From Patescibacteria group bacterium (lineage in GTDB: Bacteria > Patescibacteriota > Patescibacteriia > Veblenbacterales > UBA10138): a DNA stretch of 64,000 nt. The stretch lies in assembly GCA_018817715.1 (NCBI GenBank), contig JAHITT010000004.1, forward strand, positions 125,784-189,783. Direction: 5' to 3'. Position numbers and translations under genes: made by a program. How positions within the stretch are numbered: position 1 is the first letter of the stretch; each line of letters starts with the position of its first letter. Positions 1-9,872 of this stretch are shown here, in pieces. The notes below the pieces were generated by a model. That model did not search any database. It was not told the DNA's origin and worked only from the letters and a program-made list of their open reading frames with translations.

Positions 1-479
1 TTAACAATTCTTTTAGTAGCTGGCGTATTTATGTAATTTTCTTCTACTAAAGGAACTAATAAGGGAGCAGCACAAGCTTGCACTTTAATAGATGCCTGGT
101 TTAACTTTGTTTGATAAGCTTGACTGTTAATAGTCGCCCGCGTTCCCATAATACCCACCTTTTTAAAATTACTTAGCTTAATTTTTTCCACTACTGGACT
201 AATTACTTCAAAAATTGGTACCTTAGGCCAAGTTTGCCTAATTTCCTCTATCCCCACTGCTGAAACAGTATTACAAGCCACTACCAAAACAGTAGCTCCT
301 TTTTCTAATAAAAACTTAGAAGCTTCCAAGCCATAGCCTTTAACTACCTGGGCACTTTTATTACCATAAGGTGTCCGGGCCGTATCACCAAAATAAACTA
401 AAGAAACATCGGGCAATAAACGTTGTAAAGCCCGTACCACTGTTAAACCACCAATACCAGAATCAAATAAACCAATCAT
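1..479 (-). CDS. murI: Glutamate racemase (5' part; runs off the window edge)
   Basis: Read by hand from the minus strand: [42 protein letters not shown]...VVACNTVS. These are the DSGxGG, GDTARxPYG and ACNT motifs of MurI. Not in the ORF track because it is truncated. Confidence 0.93.
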   Translation of the reverse strand, partial: [159 protein letters not shown]

Positions 480-482
480 AAT

Positions 483-1814
483 TTATAAAATCTCTTTAAC
501 AAAATCTACTACTTCTTTTTTCTTCTCAACCAACAACTGTTCAGTATCGGCTTCTATAGTAATCCTTAAAAGCGGTTCTGTATTAGAAGGGCGCATATTG
601 CACCACCAATCATCATAAGATACTGTTACGCCGTCTAATTCCTCTATAGTAGCTAAGTGATATTTCTTTTTAAACTCTTGTAAAACAAATTGGGTATTAC
701 TGACTGCTAAATTAATTTCTGGAGATTTGGCATATGGTTTGTACTCTTTAACTAAAAGGGACAAGGGTTTATCTTCCAACGATAACAATTCTAAAATCAA
801 TAAAGCGGCAATAAATCCCGAATCAGCATAAAAATTATCTTTAAAAGAATAATGAGCTGACAATTCTCCACCCATTACCCCTTGCTGTTCTTTCATAGCT
901 GTACCGACATTCACATAACCAACCGCACTGCGAATTGGTCGACCTCCCCATTTGGCTATAAACTCCGGCACGGCCCGAGAACAAATCAAATTATAAGCTA
1001 TACCCGCACCAGGTTGACGATTAATAAACTGTTTGGCTAGTAAAAGCAAGGTTACATCGGCTGGCACAAAATTACCCAACTCATCAATTAAAAAAACCCT
1101 GTCCGTGTCACCATCAAACATTATTCCTAAATCAGCCTGACTAGCCAATACCTTGGCCTTAGCTTCGTCGGCTGCACCTGGCATTAAAGGATTAGACGGG
1201 CGGTTAGGAAAAGAACCATCCAACTCAAAAAATAACGACTCTACTCGGCAGGGTAAATTCTTCATCAATAAAGGTATAACCTTACCAGCTAAACCATTAC
1301 CAGCATCGATTACTATTTTTAAAGGTTTTAATTTATTTATATCAATAAAGGACCAAACATGTTCTAAATATTCTGGCCAAATATTTCGCTGATTAAAACT
1401 ACCAGATGTTCTAGCTGGCTTTCTTTCTGCTACCAATTTTTTTAAATCCCGCCCTCTTATCCAACTAACTCCCTGACCAACCACTTTAAAACCGTTATAA
1501 TCAGCTGGATTATGTGATGCTGTTACCATAACACCAGCTTGGTAACCATAAGTACCGACAGCAAAATAAACCGCATCAATTGGCACCATTTCTAAATCAT
1601 CTACCTCTAGGCCACCAGCTATTAAACCTTTTATCAAAGCTTCGTGCAATTGAGGCGATGATAACCTCATATCCCGACCTACTACCACCCGGCCAGTTTT
1701 AACTAAATTAGCTATGGCTAATCCAATCGCTTCAGCCGCTGCTTCGTTTATTTCTGAAGGGTAAAGACCTCTAACATCATAGGATTTAAAAATGGTTTCT
1801 GACCACTGTGACAT
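483..1814 (-). CDS. manB: Phosphomannomutase/phosphoglucomutase
   Basis: FKSYDVRG, TASHNP phosphoserine loop, DGDTDR metal loop, GELSAH and RPSNTEP motifs. Confidence 0.92.
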   Translation of the reverse strand: MSQWSETIFKSYDVRGLYPSEINEAAAEAIGLAIANLVKTGRVVVGRDMRLSSPQLHEALIKGLIAGGLEVDDLEMVPIDAVYFAVGTYGYQAGVMVTASHNPADYNGFKVVGQGVSWIRGRDLKKLVAERKPARTSGSFNQRNIWPEYLEHVWSFIDINKLKPLKIVIDAGNGLAGKVIPLLMKNLPCRVESLFFELDGSFPNRPSNPLMPGAADEAKAKVLASQADLGIMFDGDTDRVFLIDELGNFVPADVTLLLLAKQFINRQPGAGIAYNLICSRAVPEFIAKWGGRPIRSAVGYVNVGTAMKEQQGVMGGELSAHYSFKDNFYADSGFIAALLILELLSLEDKPLSLLVKEYKPYAKSPEINLAVSNTQFVLQEFKKKYHLATIEELDGVTVSYDDWWCNMRPSNTEPLLRITIEADTEQLLVEKKKEVVDFVKEIL

Positions 1815-1821
1815 AAATTAA

Positions 1822-2955
1822 CTATTTATTAAAACTTAAACGAACTATCTGCCACAAAGCTCCCCAAACGGCCAAAGCGGCCAAAATAACAAAAACCATA
1901 CCTAAATAAGGTACTTGGGCAATTATTTCATATAAAATAATACCGACAAAAAGCAGCACTAAACCCGGCCATTTACCAAAAAATTTACTAAACAAGCCAT
2001 TGATTTTTAATAAATTAATCAAAACTAAACCAGCTAAAACCGGCACAACAATAAAACCAGCAATATAAAAAATTACCAGCAAGACAGCCAGTGGCCAACC
2101 GATTACTGTGATTAAAAAAATTATAGATAACAAAGGAACAAAAACTGCCCAAACCGCTCCCCAACCCAAACTAACCCACGGTCTTTTTATAATAACCTCA
2201 GCTGTGGCTTGCAAAGTTTTTGGCCACCAACTAAACAACACCATACCTAAAACCAAGGCGCTAAAAATTGCCACCAGCCAATTCCACCAAACGGCTGGTT
2301 TAGCAGAATTTTTTTCTGAGATTGGTATAAACTGTAAAGGGTAACTTAATTGGGCACCTTCAGCTATAACAGCTTGGTTATAGCTATGATAAGTAATTTG
2401 ATCGGCCATTACCGCTCCGGAACTTATTTTAAATTGACCATCTTTACCTAACCAATATTCAGCCGGACCTTTAACAATACCTGATAAATTAATTAAACCG
2501 CCAGCCGCTTTAACACTACCTTCTATTGTGCCAGCCATTTCCAAAGTACCAGCGGCAGCTGTTAAGTGTCCCAAAACTACACTGCCCGGCATTAACCTTA
2601 AAGTACCAGCCCCAGCCAAAACATTTTTAGACACTTGACTAGAAATTTCCACTGTACCACCCACCACTCTTACATTACCCTGTACCGGACCTTGTATTCT
2701 AACATTGCCACCAGCCACCAACACATCCCCACCTACTGGACCCAAAATTTCTACTGTACCACCAAAAACAAAAACATCGCTTAGCACTTGACCAATTACC
2801 TCCACAGTGGAACCTGTAACATAATAATTACCATTAACAATCTCGGTTGCCCCCAATTGATCCGAAGAGTTATCGGCCGAAACAGATTGAGTCAAAACAA
2901 AAAATAAACCTATAAAAAAAATACCGCAAATAAACACTTTAAAACCTTTTATCAT
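1822..2955 (-). CDS. Secreted/membrane protein with a Gly/Val beta-helix (bactofilin-like) domain and C-terminal TM helices
   Basis: Signal peptide ending VSA-D, repeated GxVxxxGxV units and about 5 C-terminal hydrophobic helices. ATG 2955 preferred over TTG 2973. Confidence 0.7.
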   Translation of the reverse strand: MIKGFKVFICGIFFIGLFFVLTQSVSADNSSDQLGATEIVNGNYYVTGSTVEVIGQVLSDVFVFGGTVEILGPVGGDVLVAGGNVRIQGPVQGNVRVVGGTVEISSQVSKNVLAGAGTLRLMPGSVVLGHLTAAAGTLEMAGTIEGSVKAAGGLINLSGIVKGPAEYWLGKDGQFKISSGAVMADQITYHSYNQAVIAEGAQLSYPLQFIPISEKNSAKPAVWWNWLVAIFSALVLGMVLFSWWPKTLQATAEVIIKRPWVSLGWGAVWAVFVPLLSIIFLITVIGWPLAVLLVIFYIAGFIVVPVLAGLVLINLLKINGLFSKFFGKWPGLVLLFVGIILYEIIAQVPYLGMVFVILAALAVWGALWQIVRLSFNK

Positions 2956-3014
2956 AAAAAATAATTCTAACAATTATAACATCATTATAATGCTTTAAAC
3001 CGACTTTAACAAGT

Positions 3015-3042
3015 AAAAAAGCCTCACTTAGGTGAGGCTTTT
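3015..3042 (-). terminator. Intrinsic terminator ending the peptide/M14/ATP-grasp unit
   Basis: AAAAGCCTCAC-TTAG-GTGAGGCTTTT hairpin with a U-run on the minus strand, just past the stop at 3061. Confidence 0.8.
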
Positions 3043-3060
3043 GGATTATTCTTTTTTAAT

Positions 3061-4401
3061 CTAATCAAAAATAACTGTTGATAAATAAGTATTTCGAGCG
3101 CCATGAACTAAAGGTGTGCCACGAGCCATAACCTCTAATCCGGCTAACCGCCCATTAAACAAAAAAGCTCCGTACTTGGTAAAAAGCTCTGCTTCACTTG
3201 GTTTACCGGCCTTATCCGCTAAAACTACTTTTTCTTTAACCGGTTCGTATTTTTGTACTACACTGCCAATCATCTCAGGCTGACTAAAAATACTATTCCA
3301 GTTTTTTTGACTGACGAACTCACCAATTATTATACCTCGACCACTAGAACCTGCTGGCGATTTTAAAATCCACTCTTGCCTTATTAATTGGCTAAAGTGT
3401 TTAGTCTCTTGGGTAAACATTATCAAACCACCTGACCGCAACAAACCTACTTCACAACAACTATCTACTAACAATTGATAATCAAATCCTAAATCTTCTT
3501 TAAACAAACTTCCTAATAAAAAATGTTGCCAAGCAAAAAACCATTTTTTATTACCAATAAAACGTCGACCTAAGGGACTTATTAAACATATCTTATGACG
3601 AGGCAACTGCAATAAATCATTATACCAACTATGCCCTTGTTTAATTCTACCTCTTAACAAACAATTATAACCAAGACCTATAAAATCAAACCAACCAGTA
3701 AAAATATCAACCCCCTCTACCCATGATTGATCCAGAAGAACTTTTTTTAAATTAACAAAATTATGCCAATCACCAGCCACGGAATCTAACAATATAGCAA
3801 TCTTAGCTGATCGTTGATAATTATTCTGATTACTCCAAGATAAATAAGCAGCCTTAAAAGTACTAACAAATTCCTCCTTAAGACAGAATTGATGGTGGTC
3901 CCCAGATCGTCCATAGGCTTCACTCAAAATAATATTATCACCTACCCCAGCTGGTCTGGTTGAATTTATATCTACCACTTTAAATCCTTGAGTAGTCCTT
4001 ATTAAATCCAGACGGATAAAGGGAGACAAAGGTTGATTATAGCCAGCATCCAGTAAACAATCTTCTTCTTCGCCAGATAATATTCCATCTAATCCATAAA
4101 TTTCCAGACTATTATCAGTTAACCAGCCAGCTTGAGCTAAATCTAACTGGCGGGTAATAATCTTAGGCCATAATTTAGCTAACCCTTCAAGTTGTTCAAC
4201 TTCTTTCATTTTTAATTTTATTGGACAAAGCAAGGGTTGAATTAACTCATCTACATACTTTCTTCCTTTTACATGGACCTCTTTGAATAAAGATGGATAT
4301 TTAGCACCGGATCGGTGGCTTAATAATTGCCAATCTACAAAAGGATAACGATAAGTTAAACCACTATTAAATAATTCGATAAATTTGTTTTTGTTTAACA
4401 T
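3061..4401 (-). CDS. Circularly permuted ATP-grasp / glutathionylspermidine-synthase-like peptide ligase
   Basis: N-half FIRLDL...FKVVDINSTRPAGVG (RxD...[E/D]xN) and C-half WILKSPAGSSGRGIIIG plus VVQKY. AGGAG RBS upstream. Confidence 0.7.
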   Translation of the reverse strand: MLNKNKFIELFNSGLTYRYPFVDWQLLSHRSGAKYPSLFKEVHVKGRKYVDELIQPLLCPIKLKMKEVEQLEGLAKLWPKIITRQLDLAQAGWLTDNSLEIYGLDGILSGEEEDCLLDAGYNQPLSPFIRLDLIRTTQGFKVVDINSTRPAGVGDNIILSEAYGRSGDHHQFCLKEEFVSTFKAAYLSWSNQNNYQRSAKIAILLDSVAGDWHNFVNLKKVLLDQSWVEGVDIFTGWFDFIGLGYNCLLRGRIKQGHSWYNDLLQLPRHKICLISPLGRRFIGNKKWFFAWQHFLLGSLFKEDLGFDYQLLVDSCCEVGLLRSGGLIMFTQETKHFSQLIRQEWILKSPAGSSGRGIIIGEFVSQKNWNSIFSQPEMIGSVVQKYEPVKEKVVLADKAGKPSEAELFTKYGAFLFNGRLAGLEVMARGTPLVHGARNTYLSTVIFD

Positions 4402-4417
4402 TTTAAACTCCTATTTT

Positions 4418-5368
4418 TTATTTTAGATATCCTATTTTCTTACCAATCGTAGCAACTTTTTTACCAGCCATTATAAACCCGGGATAGGCAATAGTTAATA
4501 AAACACCAGGTAAGCCCCGCAAGGATTTTTTCTTAAAATCAACTAAACTAACTTGATCTCCTATTTTATCCGCGCTCTTCAATTTATCCAGCGGTTCTTT
4601 TGTTGGCCAAAACCAACCATTAACCTTCATTCTAATCAGCCGGCTAGTATATACTGAAATTGATCGCTTTACTGTCACACATTTTAAAAGGTCAACAGTT
4701 AACAAACCATAAAATTCAAAAACCACTAAAAACCTTTCCAACAAAGAATTCAAAAAACCTTCTGTCAAAACTATTGGCGGTGGTAATTCCAAAGCGATAG
4801 CCAATTTATTCTGTTGACCCAACCAAACAGTCAAGGCGCCAGCCTGTTCCTTATCGGATGATTGGCTAGAATTTATATACCAGATTAATTCTGGATCGAA
4901 CAATCTTAATACTTGCTTGGCTTTATCCTCCACTAACCGATTACTTTTAACCATCACTCCAGTAAAAACCGACCGACGACTGGTAAAGTTATGCAAATCA
5001 ATAACTAACTCTGCTGACTGACATTCTTTAGCTACCACATAAGCTATTTTGGTAGCACGATTATCTTGATTACCAGGGTACTGACGATTAATATCCAAAC
5101 CAGTAAAAGGCTCCTGCCTTTGTTTTTTTAATAAGCCTAAAACATTTACTGCTGGTAAAATAACCAAAGAACCCTTTAATAAAGGAAACTGCCGAAAATA
5201 ACAGAGCAATTTTTCTAACAGAAAAAAGGAAGAAACTTCGGCACCGTGCTGAAGCGCAATAATAACTATTTTAGGGCCTGGCTGTCCGGAAATAATCCGC
5301 CAACGCTGTAAATAAAACAAATTATCATTTGTTTTATTTACCTTAATATAATCTTTTAGAATTTTCAT
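4418..5368 (-). CDS. M14 zinc peptidase, succinylglutamate desuccinylase/aspartoacylase-like
   Basis: QHGAE (HxxE), DINR, IDLH and a late LELP glutamate, plus a C-terminal hybrid-like domain. Confidence 0.85.
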   Translation of the reverse strand: MKILKDYIKVNKTNDNLFYLQRWRIISGQPGPKIVIIALQHGAEVSSFFLLEKLLCYFRQFPLLKGSLVILPAVNVLGLLKKQRQEPFTGLDINRQYPGNQDNRATKIAYVVAKECQSAELVIDLHNFTSRRSVFTGVMVKSNRLVEDKAKQVLRLFDPELIWYINSSQSSDKEQAGALTVWLGQQNKLAIALELPPPIVLTEGFLNSLLERFLVVFEFYGLLTVDLLKCVTVKRSISVYTSRLIRMKVNGWFWPTKEPLDKLKSADKIGDQVSLVDFKKKSLRGLPGVLLTIAYPGFIMAGKKVATIGKKIGYLK

Positions 5369-5387
5369 AAAATAAAAAATTAACTAT

Positions 5388-5414
5388 CCAAGCGGGTATG
5401 TTTTACCCGCTTGG
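5388..5414 (-). terminator. 11-bp hairpin between the peptide ORF and the M14 gene (partial terminator or stabiliser)
   Basis: CCAAGCGGGTA-TGTTT-TACCCGCTTGG perfect stem immediately after the peptide stop codon. Confidence 0.65.
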
Positions 5415-5415
5415 C

Positions 5416-5475
5416 CTATAAGTGTGGACCTTGACCACCTAGGGAAAACCCTTGGCGTCCTTTTGTTTTTGGCAT
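5416..5475 (-). CDS. Putative 19-aa peptide MPKTKGRQGFSLGGQGPHL (candidate precursor/substrate)
   Basis: GGAGG (5481-5485) lies 5 nt before the ATG. The TAG stop is followed directly by a hairpin. It is the first ORF of the M14/ATP-grasp unit. Confidence 0.65.
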   Translation of the reverse strand: MPKTKGRQGFSLGGQGPHL

Positions 5476-5543
5476 TAGTTCCTCCGTTTATTTTTTCCCC
5501 GATTAGGCCGGGGTAGCCCTTTAAATTTTTAAAGAACAAAAAA

Positions 5544-5560
5544 CCCTCTCAGCGAGAGGG
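5544..5560 (-). terminator. Intrinsic terminator after the YerC-like gene
   Basis: CCCTCTC-AGC-GAGAGGG stem followed by a U-run on the minus strand. Confidence 0.7.
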
Positions 5561-5585
5561 GTAAAAAGATTAAAACAAAAACTAC

Positions 5586-5915
5586 TTACCTCTCCCGACG
5601 AGACAAAATAGTGTGATGGTTAGCCTTTGTTAAACGATCCAAAACTAATTGATAACCGCCCATACCCCGACGAAGCCAAGTAGCCACCCGGCCTACCGTG
5701 GTAGTGCTCATACCTAATTTATCAGCCACCTGCCGATAATCTACGTCTTTAGCTAATAATTTAGCTGCCTGCCATCTATCAGTCATATCAATCAATTCTT
5801 CGGGCGTGCATAAATCCCTAAAAAAACGTTTAGCTTCCTCGGTTGTTTTAAGACTAGTAATAGCCTTAAAAAGATCCTGACTATTTAAATTGTTCCAAGT
5901 TTTATTCTTTTTCAT
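5586..5915 (-). CDS. TrpR-like protein, YerC/YecD family
   Basis: LF.AI.SL...EE..RFF.DLCT..EL..M..RW...LL....YR......G.STTTV.RV pattern. Alternative GTG start at 5945. Confidence 0.88.
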   Translation of the reverse strand: MKKNKTWNNLNSQDLFKAITSLKTTEEAKRFFRDLCTPEELIDMTDRWQAAKLLAKDVDYRQVADKLGMSTTTVGRVATWLRRGMGGYQLVLDRLTKANHHTILSRRER

Positions 5916-6083
5916 ATCTTTAAAAATTATTCTTAAAAATTCCACCTTATTTTTTGTACCAATGTATTAACACATTAACACATAAAAAATACTGGGTCAA
6001 ATAGTAAAATTGTGGATAACTTTTCTACACTATCCCTTAAACAAAAAATAGACAAAAATACTAAGTAAAGCTAACATAAAGCC

Positions 6084-7376
6084 ATGCTAGAATACCTCTC
6101 TTCTCAAGATAAACCCATGGCTGATTTAATAAAATCAGAACTTGCTAGACAGCAAGCTGATTTACAAATGATACCATCAGAAAACTTTACTTCACTAGCT
6201 GTTATGGAAGCTTTAGGCTCTGTTTTAACTAACAAATATTCCGAAGGCTATCCGGGAAAACGTTACTATGGCGGCAACCACTATATTGACCAAATAGAAA
6301 ATTTAGCCAGACAAAGAGCTTGTCAATTATTTGGCGTACAACACGCCAATGTCCAAGCTTACTCTGGTTCACCAGCTAATCAAGCAGTTTATTTTGCCTT
6401 ACTTAAACCGGGCGACAAAGTAATGGGTTTAGAGCTTAATCAGGGAGGACATTTAACCCATGGTTATAAACTAAATTTCTCGGGAAAATACTATAAACCT
6501 TTAGGCTACAACCTTAACCCACAAACTCACTTATTGGATTATGATTTAATTAGGCAAGCTGCCCTAACTTATAAACCTAAATTAATAGTCTGTGGGGCCA
6601 CAGCTTATCCCAGACAAATAGACTTTGCCGCTTTTAGAAAAATTGCTGATGAAGTTAAAGCTTACTTACTGGCTGATGTTTCCCATATTAGCGGCCTTAT
6701 TATTAGTGGTGATCACCCCTCACCCGTACCTTATGCCGATGTAGTAATGACTACTACCCACAAAACACTACGTGGGCCACGAGGTGCTTTAATATTAATA
6801 CCTAACAAGCAAGATCGCTGGCACGACTTATATAGACCTAAAAGTAAAAAAAATTTAGCCGAACTGATAGATTCAGCTATTATCCCCGGCCTACAAGGTG
6901 GGCCTCATAATCAACAAACCGCTGCCATTGCTGTAGCCCTACAAGAAGCTTTATTGCCTGATTTCCAAAATTATGGTCACCAAATAGTTAAAAATGCCCA
7001 AGCGCTGGCTAATAGTTTAATTAAAAACGGTTTAGAGTTAATTACCGGCGGGACAGATAATCACCTAATCCTAATTAATCTTAATAACCAAGGTTTAACT
7101 GGTCAACAAGCCGAAACAGTGCTTGATTCAGTGGGTATTACTGTTAATAAAAACTTAATACCTTATGACTCTAGATCTCCTTTAGACCCTTCAGGCATAC
7201 GTTTAGGCACACCCGCCCTAACTAGTCGTGGTTTTAAAGAGTTAGAAATGACCACTATTGGCTATTTAATAAGCCAAACTTTAAAAAGCTGGCAAAATGA
7301 ATCTTCTCTTACAATTATTAAAAAACAAGTAAAAGAATTAAGTACTCAGTTCCCGCTCTACCCAGAGCTTAAATAA
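6084..7376 (+). CDS. glyA: Serine hydroxymethyltransferase
   Basis: SENF, NKYSEGYPGKRYYGG and the PLP-lysine motif TTTHKTLRGPRG. Confidence 0.97.
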   Translation: MLEYLSSQDKPMADLIKSELARQQADLQMIPSENFTSLAVMEALGSVLTNKYSEGYPGKRYYGGNHYIDQIENLARQRACQLFGVQHANVQAYSGSPANQAVYFALLKPGDKVMGLELNQGGHLTHGYKLNFSGKYYKPLGYNLNPQTHLLDYDLIRQAALTYKPKLIVCGATAYPRQIDFAAFRKIADEVKAYLLADVSHISGLIISGDHPSPVPYADVVMTTTHKTLRGPRGALILIPNKQDRWHDLYRPKSKKNLAELIDSAIIPGLQGGPHNQQTAAIAVALQEALLPDFQNYGHQIVKNAQALANSLIKNGLELITGGTDNHLILINLNNQGLTGQQAETVLDSVGITVNKNLIPYDSRSPLDPSGIRLGTPALTSRGFKELEMTTIGYLISQTLKSWQNESSLTIIKKQVKELSTQFPLYPELK

Positions 7377-7378
7377 AT

Positions 7379-8215
7379 ATGACCTTCTGTCTGGATGGAA
7401 AAAAACTGGCTAATAATCTATTAAAAGAACTAAGCCAGCAGGTTAGTCAGCTACCCCGGCCACCACATTTGGCCGTTTTATTAATAGGCGACGACCCAGC
7501 TTCTCATCTTTATGTTAATTTAAAAGCTAAAGCCGCTACCAAAACTGGTCTTAGAGTAACCAAGGTTATGTTACCAACCAAAACAAACCAACCAACTTTA
7601 CTTAAACTTATACAAGATTTTAATCAACAACCTGATATCGATGCCATCTTAGTTCAATTACCCCTACCTAAACATCTGGATGAATCAATCATCATCCAAA
7701 CTATTAAGCCCTCTAAAGATGCTGATGGTTTTCAGCCAATAAATATTCAAAAATTTCTAAACGGTCAAAACCAATTTATACCGGGTTTGATAGAAGGTAT
7801 AATTAAATTAATCAACCTAAGCAAAAAAAACTTAAACGGCGGGCAAGCCTGTTTATTAGTCAACAGTCCCCAATTCGGCCAACCCTTGGAAAAAGCCTTA
7901 ATTAATATGGGTTTAAAAGTCAATCTACTAAAAAATAAAACTGATAATATTTTAGCCCAAGCTGATTTAGTAATTAGCGCCCTGGGCCAACCACATTACT
8001 TAACAATTAATGATTTTAAAGACGAAGCCATAATTATTGATGTCGGCACTACTAAAATAAATAGTCATCTTCTAGGTGATGTTGACCCCAACAACCCTTT
8101 AAACAAACCAATCTTTCTAACTCCCGTACCAGGTGGCGTTGGCCCAGTAACAGTAGCCATGCTTTTATGGAGTGTTTATCGACTGACTATAAAAAACCTT
8201 TCTTCAAACATTTAA
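7379..8215 (+). CDS. folD: Methylenetetrahydrofolate dehydrogenase/cyclohydrolase
   Basis: YVNLK, ILVQLPLP, KDADG and TPVPGGVGPVTVAML motifs; adjacent to glyA. Confidence 0.93.
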   Translation: MTFCLDGKKLANNLLKELSQQVSQLPRPPHLAVLLIGDDPASHLYVNLKAKAATKTGLRVTKVMLPTKTNQPTLLKLIQDFNQQPDIDAILVQLPLPKHLDESIIIQTIKPSKDADGFQPINIQKFLNGQNQFIPGLIEGIIKLINLSKKNLNGGQACLLVNSPQFGQPLEKALINMGLKVNLLKNKTDNILAQADLVISALGQPHYLTINDFKDEAIIIDVGTTKINSHLLGDVDPNNPLNKPIFLTPVPGGVGPVTVAMLLWSVYRLTIKNLSSNI

Positions 8216-8223
8216 ACCTCTAA

Positions 8224-8610
8224 CTACTTAGAAATAGAGGCTAGTGATTTAAAAAATAATTTAGCTGCTTTAATATCGGCTTGGATTATTTTTTTTAAAT
8301 TAGCTTTATTTGTTATAACAACCAAATCTCGCATTTTATCAAATAATTCGATAGTCAATTTCTCACCATATAAATTACCTTGCCAATCCAACAAATAAAC
8401 TTCCAAACGTGGCTGACCAGTTGCCTCTTTGTAAACACCACTAACTAAAATAGCCTCATATTTTAAACCAGTGGACCGTTTAACACGACAGGCGTAAATT
8501 CCCGGTTTTGGTCGAACCGTTTTAACAAATAATTTTAAATTAGCTGTAGGATAACCCAACTTTCTACCCTCTTTAAAACCCGGTACCACCAAACCCTTAA
8601 TTAGCTTCAT
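8224..8610 (-). CDS. Stand-alone riboflavin kinase domain
   Basis: GRKLGYPTANL, PGIY and LEVYLLDW.G.LYG motifs. No FAD-synthetase domain. Confidence 0.85.
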   Translation of the reverse strand: MKLIKGLVVPGFKEGRKLGYPTANLKLFVKTVRPKPGIYACRVKRSTGLKYEAILVSGVYKEATGQPRLEVYLLDWQGNLYGEKLTIELFDKMRDLVVITNKANLKKIIQADIKAAKLFFKSLASISK

Positions 8611-9184
8611 AATTCTTCTTAATAGCCAAATCGTAATTTATTTCTTCCAATCTGATTAAATGACGTTTAGCTTGATCAAATTTACTTCTTAAGGGTCCAG
8701 TTAAATTAAATTCCGCCAACCAGCCAGTTAAATTCGTGGCTAAAATTTGTAAAGATTTTACCTCGGCAACTTTTGATTGAGCGGCATACTTAACAGCTAA
8801 ACGAACGGTTTCCCCAATTGCATCACTTACAGCACCTAAATAAATTTCCGGAGAAATATTAAACTGCGGCAAAGACGAAATAGGTTGGTGTTTAAGTATA
8901 TCCAAAAATAATTTAGCCTCCACATATTCTTCCAAAGCCGCTCGATAAACTCCTAAATTTTCTAAATCTTGAAATTTTTTAAAGATTGGCTGAATTTTTT
9001 TTAAATAACCAGTCGCCTTAGTTAATAAACTAACAGACAAAGCCAAATCCCCGCGCTGAGCAACAAAAATAGACTGCTTGCTTAAATGCTGGGCTTCGCT
9101 AGCCAAACCGGTTAACCAACGCCTTTTAATTTGAGTTCTTTGATAATTCGTTTTTAATTTTTTAAAAAATCTTTTATCTATCAT
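8597..9184 (-). CDS. Translin/TRAX-family protein
   Basis: SKQSIF..QRGD, ALEEYVEA and YLGAVSDAIGE..R motifs typical of the translin family. Confidence 0.8.
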   Translation of the reverse strand: MIDKRFFKKLKTNYQRTQIKRRWLTGLASEAQHLSKQSIFVAQRGDLALSVSLLTKATGYLKKIQPIFKKFQDLENLGVYRAALEEYVEAKLFLDILKHQPISSLPQFNISPEIYLGAVSDAIGETVRLAVKYAAQSKVAEVKSLQILATNLTGWLAEFNLTGPLRSKFDQAKRHLIRLEEINYDLAIKKNYEAN

Positions 9185-9272
9185 GATAATATTTGTTAAT
9201 TATAAATTTACCCAATAATCTAGCAATTGCCAGCTACTTTATTTGCTGACATCTAAATGATATACTAATTAT

Positions 9273-9782
9273 ATGCCTATTAACCTTAATTTGGAACCCC
9301 AGACTAATCTGGGTACCGAACAAATCAGTTGGTCTTTTAAAGAATTTAACCCTATTATACGTAGCCGACGTTGGTGGTGGTTAGCCGGCGTTATCAGCCT
9401 GCTACTGCTCTTATACGCCGTTTTAACAGGTAATTTCTTATTTGCCTTAATACTCCTAATGGGCGCTATTTTATTCGTTAATGAAACCAAAAGGCAACCT
9501 CGCCATTTAAAATGCCAAATAACTAACAAGGGTTTAGCGGTTGGTAAAAAATTTTGGCGTTGGTCGGAACTAAATGAATTTTGGATAGCTTATCAACCAC
9601 CAACTATAGACAACCTTTATGTCTTACCAAAAAATCTCTTTGATCCCAGATTGTCTATACCCTTAAACAAAACCAATCCTTTAAAAGTCCGAACTGAACT
9701 TAAAAAATTTTTAAACGAAGATTTATCTAAAGAAGACGAACCAACCTCTGAAGCCTTGGCCAAACTCCTTAAATTACAATAA
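9273..9782 (+). CDS. Conserved hypothetical membrane protein (2 TM plus PH-like tail)
   Basis: ISW.F.E..., two hydrophobic helices, then ITNKGL.VGKKFWRWSEL.EFWI. Confidence 0.65.
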   Translation: MPINLNLEPQTNLGTEQISWSFKEFNPIIRSRRWWWLAGVISLLLLLYAVLTGNFLFALILLMGAILFVNETKRQPRHLKCQITNKGLAVGKKFWRWSELNEFWIAYQPPTIDNLYVLPKNLFDPRLSIPLNKTNPLKVRTELKKFLNEDLSKEDEPTSEALAKLLKLQ

Positions 9783-9872
9783 TCCTAAAACCTTGATTTT
9801 TCCCCAAGCTTCACCTATACTGGTGAAGCTTTTAGTTGTAAATAATAGATCTTTGATAGTATTATAGCGTCA

